A stretch of 35,807 nucleotides of DNA from positions 1-35,807 of the forward strand of contig JAUIKX010000001.1 in assembly GCA_030430515.1 (NCBI GenBank). The letters are read 5' to 3'. This DNA is from Gammaproteobacteria bacterium. Lineage in GTDB: Bacteria > Pseudomonadota > Gammaproteobacteria > Pseudomonadales > Azotimanducaceae. Positions 17,466 to 25,481 of the stretch are shown one piece after another. Each line of letters begins with the position of its first letter. The first letter of the stretch is position 1. The position numbers were made by a program, and so were the translations under genes. Below the pieces are notes generated by a model. The model was not told the origin of the DNA and searched no databases. It was given only the letters and a program-made list of their open reading frames with translations.

Positions 17466-18929
17466 TCAATCGGCGACCGCCTCGCCACTTTCACGCCACC
17501 GCCGCATCTCAGTCTCAGTCGCCTTCGGCGAGAACAACCCGGTTGCTGCGTAGAAAATACCCAGAAGCGGTGCGACCCAACAGGCGAACGACAACGGGAT
17601 ATACAGCAGATTCTCAAGGTGACCGGCATTCACGCCGAGCCCGAGCGCTGCGATGACGTAAGCCCCTCCGGCATTCCAGGGAATGAGCGGTGACATCAGC
17701 GTGCCGCCCTCCTCCACCCCACGTGACAGGTTCAGCGTGGAATAGCCCATGCCGCGATAGACCGGTGCGTACATGCGGCCGGGCAGCGCAATCGACAGGT
17801 ACGGGTCACCCGCGACCAGGTTCGTCGCGAAGGAAGTGCCGATGGCGGCGCTCTGAATGCCTGCGAAGCTGTGCACCCGTTTTCTGATTGCCGAGATGAT
17901 CGCTTCCAGACAACCCGTCCTTTCGAGCGCGCCGCCGAAACCAAGCGCAATGAGAATCAGCGACACCGTCCACATCATCGACTGCACACCGCCGCGATTG
18001 AGCAGGCTGTCGATTTCCATGATGCCCGTGGAAATCGCATACCCGTTATTGGCATAGTCGAACAGCGCCTCAACCGACTCGCCCTGGGTAAGCATCGCGG
18101 TAACCGCGCCCACCACCACCCCCGCAAACAGCGACGGAATCGGCGGATACTGCCGAATGGCGAGCGCCATAACCACCAGAGCCGGCAGCAGCAGCCAGAC
18201 CGAGATATTGAAGTTCGCATCGAGCCCGTGGGTGATCGCTTCAATCTTCTCAAAAGAAACCGCTGCCCCATCGATTACAAAGAACCCCACCAGAACGTAG
18301 ATGACCAGGGCAATCAGCATCGCCGGTACGGTCGTCGGCATCAGATTCCTGATGTGCGCGAAAATGTCGGTCGCCGTGACCGCAGAGGCCAGGTTGGTAG
18401 TATCGGACAGGGGTGAGATTTTGTCGCCGAAGAACGCACCGGACACGATCGCGCCAGCCGTCCAGTACATGGGGATGTCGAACCCCGCACCAATCCCCAT
18501 GAGGGCAAGCCCGACGGTGCCAACCGTGCCCCAGGACGTGCCCAGGGAAACCGACACCACGGCGCAGATCAGCATAGCGGTGGCGAGAAACCACTCGGGC
18601 GAAACCAGCAGCAGTCCGTAGTAGATGATGCTCGGCACCGTCCCGCTGGCAATCCACACGCCGATGATCATGCCCACCGTCAGCAGCACGGAAACCGAAG
18701 GCAGCGCCACATGAATGACGTGGAACAAACCTTTTTCAATCTCGCCCCAACCAAGCCCGAGGCGCACGCCAACAAGGCTTGCCAGCGCGAGGCCGATAGC
18801 CAGAGGGATGTGCGGTTCAAAATGACCGAAGTAGAAAATCTGCAGGCCCAGTATGCCGAGCGTCAGCACGATCGGCGTAAGCGCCAGAAGCACGCCAGGG
18901 TTCGGGTGCGGCTGCTGCGTCGGCGTCAT
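17466..18929 (-). CDS. nhaC: Na+/H+ antiporter NhaC family
   Basis: 487-aa polytopic membrane protein with NhaC-like sequence throughout (HIPLAIGLALASL..., GAFFGDKISPLSDTTNLA). Confidence 0.85.
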   Translation of the reverse strand: MTPTQQPHPNPGVLLALTPIVLTLGILGLQIFYFGHFEPHIPLAIGLALASLVGVRLGLGWGEIEKGLFHVIHVALPSVSVLLTVGMIIGVWIASGTVPSIIYYGLLLVSPEWFLATAMLICAVVSVSLGTSWGTVGTVGLALMGIGAGFDIPMYWTAGAIVSGAFFGDKISPLSDTTNLASAVTATDIFAHIRNLMPTTVPAMLIALVIYVLVGFFVIDGAAVSFEKIEAITHGLDANFNISVWLLLPALVVMALAIRQYPPIPSLFAGVVVGAVTAMLTQGESVEALFDYANNGYAISTGIMEIDSLLNRGGVQSMMWTVSLILIALGFGGALERTGCLEAIISAIRKRVHSFAGIQSAAIGTSFATNLVAGDPYLSIALPGRMYAPVYRGMGYSTLNLSRGVEEGGTLMSPLIPWNAGGAYVIAALGLGVNAGHLENLLYIPLSFACWVAPLLGIFYAATGLFSPKATETEMRRWRESGEAVAD

Positions 18930-19026
18930 CTGTGGCCCCTCACAAACGCCACATTATGCCGCAGGGCCACACCCGGGTGACAGGGCACGTCGGGTTGGGT
19001 ACTTTGACGGGGGAGAAAAAATCAGG

Positions 19027-19809
19027 ATGGAAACCATGATCGACCTGAACCTCAGCGGCCGACAGGCCGTCGTCACCGGCGCGAGCCTCGGCATCGGCGA
19101 AGCGGTGGTCAAAGAGCTTGCAGACCTCGTCGCCGAGGTCATTTTCTGCGCCCGCACTCAGGACGCTATCGATGCGCTCAGCGCCTACAGCGATCGCATC
19201 ACCGGGCAGGTCGCCGACATGAGCGACCAGGCTTCGACAGACGCCTTTCTCGACGCGGTGGAAGCAGCCGGTGGCGCTGACATCCTGATCAACAACGTCG
19301 GCGCCAGCCCGTCGCGCAACTTTCTGTATATGAGCGATCAGGATTGGGTGGATCTGCACGAACTGAACGTACTCTCCGCGGTGCGCTGCACCCGGCGCCT
19401 GTTGCCGAAGATGCGCAAGCAGAAATGGGGACGCGTGGTGATGATCGCCAGCGGCGCCGCGAAGTACCCGAACGCCGCGCTCATCGATTACGGCGCAACC
19501 AAAGCGGCGATGATTTCCATGAGCAAATCCCTCGCCCGCAAGTACGGCGCCGACGGCGTGCTCATCAACTCGATTCTGCCCGGCCTGATCCACACGGCCA
19601 TGTGGGAACGAGCCGCAAGCGAGATCGCCGAAGCCTCCGACAGCACCATGGAAGCGGTGCTCGAACGTAACGGCAGAACGGTGCCCGTGGGTCGCTACGG
19701 CACGTCAGAGGAAGTCGCGCAGGTGGTGGCGTTTCTCTGCACAAACGCCGCCTCCTACGTCAACGGCGCGGCCATCGAGGTAGACGGCGGCTCAGCCGCA
19801 CATATTTGA
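19027..19809 (+). CDS. SDR family oxidoreductase
   Basis: Trimmed to ATG 19027, with GGGGGAG upstream. Motifs TGASLGIG, NNVGA and catalytic YGATK. Confidence 0.9.
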   Translation: METMIDLNLSGRQAVVTGASLGIGEAVVKELADLVAEVIFCARTQDAIDALSAYSDRITGQVADMSDQASTDAFLDAVEAAGGADILINNVGASPSRNFLYMSDQDWVDLHELNVLSAVRCTRRLLPKMRKQKWGRVVMIASGAAKYPNAALIDYGATKAAMISMSKSLARKYGADGVLINSILPGLIHTAMWERAASEIAEASDSTMEAVLERNGRTVPVGRYGTSEEVAQVVAFLCTNAASYVNGAAIEVDGGSAAHI

Positions 19810-19834
19810 GACAACGGCGAAGGAAGCGACGCGC

Positions 19835-20827
19835 ATGAACGTAAAACAATGGCTGATCAACGGTAATCCCCGGGGTCGTCCGCTACAGCTTGATGACTTC
19901 ACCGCCCACGAGACGCAGTTCGATGACCTGCAGGATGGTCGCATACGCGTCCGGGTGGAATACCTGAGCTTCGATCCATCGCAGAAAGGCCAGATGGAAA
20001 ACATCTCCGGCTACTCATCGGGCCAGGCGCTCGGTGACATCATGGTCGCCCGCGGCATCGGCGAGGTGATCGAGAGCCGCGTGCAGGATGTCCCGGTCGG
20101 CGCCAGGGTGGTCGGCCCGGTGGGCTGGCAGGAAGTCGCCGATCTCGAGGCGGGCACCTTCGAAGTGGTGGAGAACGACGATCTGCTCACGGCCCGACTC
20201 GGCGTGCTCGGCAGCACCGGCCTCACGGCTTACTTCGGCCTGCTGCGCGTGGGCCAACCACAGCCGGGCGACGTGGTGTTGGTATCTGGTGCGGCAGGCG
20301 GCGTGGGCTCCGTTGTTGGCCAGATCGCCAAACTGATGAGCTGTGAGGTGATCGGCACCGCCGGCGGCCCATCGAAGTGTGCCTGGCTCACCGACGAGCT
20401 CGGTTTCGATGCGACCATCGACTACAAAGCAGAGCGCATCAAGCATCGTTTGAGCGAACTTGCGCCCGGCGGCATCAATGTCTTCTTCGACAACGTCGGC
20501 GGCGTGGCGCTGAACGACGCCCTGACGCGTATCGCCACCGGCGCCCGTGTGGTGATCTGCGGTGGCATATCGCGGTACGGCGAAGCCCGACCCGACGGCC
20601 CGACCAACTATTTCAACATCGTCTTCAGACAGGCAACGATGGCTGGCTTTCTGCTCAGCGGTTACGAGCGGGAGTACCCCGAAGCGCGCAGACGCCTGAG
20701 CGGCTGGATCCGCGACGGTAAACTCGTGCACCGAGAGGACATCCAGCATGGCTTCGAAAATGCGCCCGCGACGTTGATTCGTCTGTTCACCGGCGCGAAC
20801 ATGGGCAAGCAACTGCTGAAGCTATAG
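19835..20827 (+). CDS. NADP-dependent oxidoreductase, MDR superfamily (alkenal/enone reductase-like)
   Basis: 330 aa. Cofactor loop VSGAAGGVGSVVGQIAK and a C-terminus typical of the zinc-free PTGR/YncB-like MDRs. Confidence 0.85.
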   Translation: MNVKQWLINGNPRGRPLQLDDFTAHETQFDDLQDGRIRVRVEYLSFDPSQKGQMENISGYSSGQALGDIMVARGIGEVIESRVQDVPVGARVVGPVGWQEVADLEAGTFEVVENDDLLTARLGVLGSTGLTAYFGLLRVGQPQPGDVVLVSGAAGGVGSVVGQIAKLMSCEVIGTAGGPSKCAWLTDELGFDATIDYKAERIKHRLSELAPGGINVFFDNVGGVALNDALTRIATGARVVICGGISRYGEARPDGPTNYFNIVFRQATMAGFLLSGYEREYPEARRRLSGWIRDGKLVHREDIQHGFENAPATLIRLFTGANMGKQLLKL

Positions 20828-20837
20828 GAAACGCACA

Positions 20838-21614
20838 ATGACCCAGCAGAACAATCCCGTTGCCGTCATCACCGGCGCGGGCACAGGCATCGGCCGGGCC
20901 ACAGCGCTGCGCTTCACCCGCGAAGGCTTTACGGTCGTCGCGGTGGGTCGGCGCATGAGCGTGCTCGAAGAAACCCGCGAGCTCGCGGCAGGTCTTGCCG
21001 GTACGGTGGTGCCCTTCTCCGCCGACGTCAGCAGTGAAGAAGACGTGCGCCGATTGACGGACCATGCCGTCGGCCTCGGTCGCTATACCTGCCTGGTCAA
21101 TAACGCCGGCGTTGGCTGGAGCTACGGCGTGGATCACCCCGGCAGCATGGCGGCGCTGCGCGACACCACCCCGGCGCAATGGCGCGAGGTGCTGGCGATC
21201 AATCTCGATTCAGCCATGCTCACCTGCCACGAAGCGCTGAAGCACTTTGCAGCCGGCTGCAGCATCGTCAACGTGTCCAGCGGCGGCGGCCTGCGCGGCA
21301 TGGCTGACGCGCACGCCTATGCCACCGCCAAAGCCGGCATGATCAACCTCACCCGCTCGCTGGCCAAGACCTACGGTCCTGAAGGCATTCGCAGCAACGT
21401 CATCGCGCCGGGTTTTGTGTCCACCGACATGGTGCAGCCGGTGATCGACTCGGAAGAAAACCCGTTCAACGACGAAACCATGCGCTTTCAGGTTTCGCCG
21501 CTTGGCCGCCCCGGTGAGCCTGACGAGATCGCCGCGGCCATCTGGTTCATGGCGCATGAGGCTACCTACTGCAATGGCGCCGTACTCACAGTGGATGGCG
21601 GCAGCCTGGCCTGA
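20838..21614 (+). CDS. SDR family oxidoreductase
   Basis: 258 aa. Motifs TGAGTGIG, NNAGV and YATAK. It starts 10 nt after the upstream gene. Confidence 0.9.
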   Translation: MTQQNNPVAVITGAGTGIGRATALRFTREGFTVVAVGRRMSVLEETRELAAGLAGTVVPFSADVSSEEDVRRLTDHAVGLGRYTCLVNNAGVGWSYGVDHPGSMAALRDTTPAQWREVLAINLDSAMLTCHEALKHFAAGCSIVNVSSGGGLRGMADAHAYATAKAGMINLTRSLAKTYGPEGIRSNVIAPGFVSTDMVQPVIDSEENPFNDETMRFQVSPLGRPGEPDEIAAAIWFMAHEATYCNGAVLTVDGGSLA

Positions 21615-21655
21615 CAGAAAGACGCACACACCACATCGACAGAGAGACACCCCAC

Positions 21656-23272
21656 ATGAGCGAAGCAAACAAACCCTACGACGCCCTCATCATCGGCTCC
21701 GGCTTCGGAGGTCTGTACGCGCTGCATCATCTTCGCGACGACCTCGGCCTCAACGTGCGCGCGTTCGACGGCGCCGGCGGGGTGGGCGGCACCTGGTGGT
21801 ACAACCGCTATCCCGGCGCCCGGGTGGATGCGCCGAGCAGCCCGTTCTACGCCTACACCTTCAGCCAGGACCTGGTGAACGAATGGGAGTGGACCGAGAC
21901 CCAGACCTCCCAGGCCTCTGTGCTTTCTTATCTGGAACACGTCGCCGACCGCTTCGATCTCACCAAAGACATCCAGTTCAACACCTGGATCACCGACGCC
22001 CGCTACGACGAAACCCGCCAGAGCTGGACCATCGAAACCCACACGGGCGAGCAGTTCACGGCGCAGTTTCTGATCTGCGCCACCGGCGCACTGTTCGTCG
22101 CCAACAAACCCGATTATCCAGGCATCGACGACTTTGCCGGCGAGTGCTATCACACCGGTCGCTGGCCCCATGACAAAGTCTCGTTCGAAGGAAAGCGCGT
22201 GGCCGTCATCGGCACGGGCTCCTCCGGCATCCAGTGCATTCCCGAAATCGCTAAAGAAGCCGCGCACGTGACGGTATTCCAGCGCACCGCTCAGTATTCG
22301 TTGCCGGCGCGCAACCGCCCTCTCGCCAAAGAGGAACTCGATCAGGCTCGAGCAGACTGGGAACAGCTTCGCACCTCCATGCGCTACCGAGGCGGCTGGC
22401 CGTTCAAGACGAGCCGGCGCAGAGCTTCCGAAGCCACACCTGAGGAGCGCCATGCACTATACGAGCAGCTCTGGGCTCAGGGTGGCATCCATCTGGCCAT
22501 CAACAGCTACGCCGGCGTGCTGAGCAAAAAGGCGCTGAACGATGAGGTGTCCGAGTTCGTGCGCGGTAAGATCCGCGAGATCGTCAAAAATCCTGAAACG
22601 GCCGAGAAGCTCATGCCGAGCTACTACTTCGGCACCAAACGGCTGATCCTCGACAACGGCTACTTCGAAACCTACAACCGCGACAACGTGTCATTGGTCG
22701 ACATCCGCCAGGACCCGATCCAGCGTTTTACAGAAACAAGCATACATACAAGCTCCGGCGAGCATCCCATCGATATGCTGGTGCTCGCCACGGGCTTCGA
22801 TGCGGTCAGCGGCTCGATGCTGAACCTGAACCCCAAAGGCCGGGGTGGACTGAGCCTGAAGGAGAAGTGGGCGCAGCGATTCGATAATTACCTCGGCACC
22901 ACCATCGCCGGTTTTCCGAACCTCTTCATGATCCACGGCCCGGGCGCACCCGGCGTGTTTTTCACCATGCCGCTCGGCGGCGAGCTGACCACTGCATGGA
23001 TCGGCCGATGCATCCAGCATCTGCGCGACAGGAACCTGGGTGCTGTTGAGGCCACGGAAGACGCCGAAAGCCTCTGGGACCGGGAAATCAACAGCATCGC
23101 CGAGCGCACCCTCTACCCGCAGACCGACTCCTGGTACATGGGCGCCAACGTTCCCGGCAAGCCGAGGCAGTTCCTCGGCCACCTGCGCGGCTCCCAGTAC
23201 TTCGACCGGCTCACCGAAGTCGCCGAAGCCGGCTACGAGGGGTTTGCGGTCGAGCCCGGCCGCAAGGCTTAG
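21656..23272 (+). CDS. type I Baeyer-Villiger monooxygenase (flavin- and NADPH-dependent)
   Basis: 538 aa. Motifs GSGFGG (FAD), GGTWWYNRYPGARVD, the BVMO fingerprint FAGECYHTGRWP, and a second GxGxxG (GTGSSG). Confidence 0.9.
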   Translation: MSEANKPYDALIIGSGFGGLYALHHLRDDLGLNVRAFDGAGGVGGTWWYNRYPGARVDAPSSPFYAYTFSQDLVNEWEWTETQTSQASVLSYLEHVADRFDLTKDIQFNTWITDARYDETRQSWTIETHTGEQFTAQFLICATGALFVANKPDYPGIDDFAGECYHTGRWPHDKVSFEGKRVAVIGTGSSGIQCIPEIAKEAAHVTVFQRTAQYSLPARNRPLAKEELDQARADWEQLRTSMRYRGGWPFKTSRRRASEATPEERHALYEQLWAQGGIHLAINSYAGVLSKKALNDEVSEFVRGKIREIVKNPETAEKLMPSYYFGTKRLILDNGYFETYNRDNVSLVDIRQDPIQRFTETSIHTSSGEHPIDMLVLATGFDAVSGSMLNLNPKGRGGLSLKEKWAQRFDNYLGTTIAGFPNLFMIHGPGAPGVFFTMPLGGELTTAWIGRCIQHLRDRNLGAVEATEDAESLWDREINSIAERTLYPQTDSWYMGANVPGKPRQFLGHLRGSQYFDRLTEVAEAGYEGFAVEPGRKA

Positions 23273-24324
23273 GCCGCCGATGCGCCGATGCTGTTCAGCA
23301 GGTCCATGGCCTGCACCAGCGCGTTCGCCTGGGCGTCTCTGGGCGCATCGATGCGTAGGGTCAGACCGTTAATGCCCGCGTCTGCGTAGGTCTGAAAACG
23401 CTCTCTGACCATTTGTGGGGTTCCCACAGCACCAAATTGGGTCACCATGGCATCGGGCACGCGCTTTGCCGCCTCCTCACGCCGGCCTTTGATCCACAGC
23501 TCCTGAATGGCCAGTGCATCGTCGGTGAAGCCGGCGCGCTTGAAGGCATCGTTGTAAAAGTTGGTGTTGGCGCTGCCCATGGCGCCCATCTGAAACGCCA
23601 CGCCAGGCCGTAGCCGGTCGATGAGCGCCTCCACGTCTTCGCCGATCGATACCGTGCACGCTGCGTTCAGAAAGATGTCGTCCATGCTGCGTCCAGCAGC
23701 TTCGGCACCGCGACGGACATGCGCCAGGTGCGCTTCCGCATGGTCCGGCGAGAAGGACGTGCCGAGCCAGCCGTCGGCGGCCTCGCCGGTAAACTCGAGA
23801 GACCTGGGCGCGAGTGTCGCAAGATAGATGGGGATGTGCTTCGGCGGATGGTCGAGGCGCAGCGCCTTGCCCTCCCCGCCAGGCCTCGGCAGCACGAAAT
23901 GTTCCCCCTCAAACTTGAGCTTTTCACCCGCGAAGGCCATGCGCAGAATCTTTACGGTTTCCTTGAGCCGCCCCAGGGGTTTGGCGTAGGCCACGCCGTG
24001 CAGCCCCTCCACGACCTGCGGCCCACTCACACCCAGGCCGAGCAGAAAGCGCCCCTGTGAAAGCTCATTGAGCGAAAGCGCCGTCATGGCGGTCATGGAA
24101 GGCGTGCGGGCACTGATCTGCATGATGCCGGTACCGAGCTTGATCCGCTCGGTCTTGGCCGCAAGGTAAGCGAGCGATGTCACGGCGTCAGACCCCCAGG
24201 CCTCTGCCGACCAGACGCTGTCGACACCCGCGCGCTCCGCCTCCAGCACCACATCGACAAGCGCCGCGGCGTTGCTGCGTGCGTACCCACCGACCGCGAT
24301 GGCCGCCTTCAAACCCTTGCTCAT
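23269..24324 (-). CDS. luciferase-like monooxygenase (LLM) class oxidoreductase, of the type usually annotated F420-dependent
   Basis: Trimmed to ATG 24324 (MSKGLKAAIAVGG...). Motifs VDSVWSAEAWGSDA, IKLGTGIMQISARTP and RFLLGLGVSGPQVVEG. Its stop overlaps the BVMO stop (TTAG at 23269..23272). Confidence 0.85.
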   Translation of the reverse strand: MSKGLKAAIAVGGYARSNAAALVDVVLEAERAGVDSVWSAEAWGSDAVTSLAYLAAKTERIKLGTGIMQISARTPSMTAMTALSLNELSQGRFLLGLGVSGPQVVEGLHGVAYAKPLGRLKETVKILRMAFAGEKLKFEGEHFVLPRPGGEGKALRLDHPPKHIPIYLATLAPRSLEFTGEAADGWLGTSFSPDHAEAHLAHVRRGAEAAGRSMDDIFLNAACTVSIGEDVEALIDRLRPGVAFQMGAMGSANTNFYNDAFKRAGFTDDALAIQELWIKGRREEAAKRVPDAMVTQFGAVGTPQMVRERFQTYADAGINGLTLRIDAPRDAQANALVQAMDLLNSIGASAA

Positions 24325-24446
24325 GGCCAGATCCTGCAGTGAATGAACGGACACTCTGCCCGGACTGGCGCGACCGATCAACGAACCGCTCACCACGCAC
24401 TCAAAGGCTAACGCCCTGTTCACGTCATTGGTGTACCCTTCGAGAC

Positions 24447-25406
24447 ATGCTCAAGTTCCAACAGCCCCCGAAAGCCTACGAGGATGTCTACCTCGAAGAG
24501 ACCGACGAGCCGTTGCCGGAGGTGCTGAACCCCAACACGCGCTACGTGTTTCTCAGCACCCTGGCCAAAGGCGGCAAGTCGATCATCAGCACGGTCAGAG
24601 ACCGCCACCTGCAACGCGTGGTGGTGCATAAAAGCCTGCGCCCGGAATTCGTTAACGATCCCCAGGAGCAATTGCGCCTGCTGCGGGAAGCGCGGGTGTC
24701 GGCAAAACTACAGCATCCAAGCACGGTGCCAGTCTACGAGATCGGCCGAGACCGCAAGGGCAACGTCTACTTCACCATGAAGCTCGTGCACGGTTACACC
24801 CTGCGAGAAATCATGGATTACCGGGAGCGCTACGACCTCATTCAGCTCATCGAAGTCATCGAGCAGATCGCGCAAGGCCTTGCCTACGCCCACGACCACG
24901 GCGTGGCGCACCGCGACATCAAACCCGAGAACATTCTCGCCGGCCCCTACGGCGAGGTGCTGCTCGTCGACTGGGGGCTGGCGAAAGTGTGGCGCAAAGA
25001 CGGCTCCACCACGCCAGAACTGGCAACCGGTATCACGGTTGAAGGAAGCGACAACACCCTCACCGGCCACGGCAAGCTGCAGGGCACCCCCATCTACATG
25101 TCTCCGGAACAGATCAGACGGGACCCGGGCATCGGCTACAGCACCGACATCTACAGCCTGGGCGTGGTGCTCTACGAACTGCTGACTGGACAGGTACCTT
25201 TCAATGCCGAGCACACCTATGAAGTGATCGACATGGTGGAGAACCAGCCGCCGCCAAAGCCCAGCTCAGTCAGCAAGTACCCGGTACCGAGAATGCTGGA
25301 AAAGCTGGTGATGCGCTGCCTCAGCAAAGACCCGGCAAAGCGCCCGGACACGCAGGAAATGATTCAGATCCTTCAGGCCGACTGGCACCGGGAGCTGCTC
25401 GCCTGA
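24447..25406 (+). CDS. Hanks-type Ser/Thr protein kinase, kinase domain only
   Basis: Trimmed to ATG 24447 (MLKFQQPPKAY...). Motifs HRDIKPENIL, DWGLAK, GTPIYMSPEQ and DIYSLGVVLYELLTG. No TM segment or extra domain. Confidence 0.85.
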   Translation: MLKFQQPPKAYEDVYLEETDEPLPEVLNPNTRYVFLSTLAKGGKSIISTVRDRHLQRVVVHKSLRPEFVNDPQEQLRLLREARVSAKLQHPSTVPVYEIGRDRKGNVYFTMKLVHGYTLREIMDYRERYDLIQLIEVIEQIAQGLAYAHDHGVAHRDIKPENILAGPYGEVLLVDWGLAKVWRKDGSTTPELATGITVEGSDNTLTGHGKLQGTPIYMSPEQIRRDPGIGYSTDIYSLGVVLYELLTGQVPFNAEHTYEVIDMVENQPPPKPSSVSKYPVPRMLEKLVMRCLSKDPAKRPDTQEMIQILQADWHRELLA

Positions 25407-25423
25407 GCAATTTTGCGCCCCCC

Positions 25424-25452
25424 AAAAAAAACGGAGCGGTAAACCGCTCCGT
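25424..25452 (-). terminator. rho-independent terminator of glnII (possibly bidirectional)
   Basis: 9-bp stem ACGGAGCGG / CCGCTCCGT with loop TAAA. On the minus strand it is followed by a T8 run (A8 on plus, 25424..25431). It lies 30 nt past the glnII stop and 18 nt past the kinase stop. Confidence 0.75.
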
Positions 25453-25481
25453 TCCCTCAAGCCACATCGACCGATCAGTGA

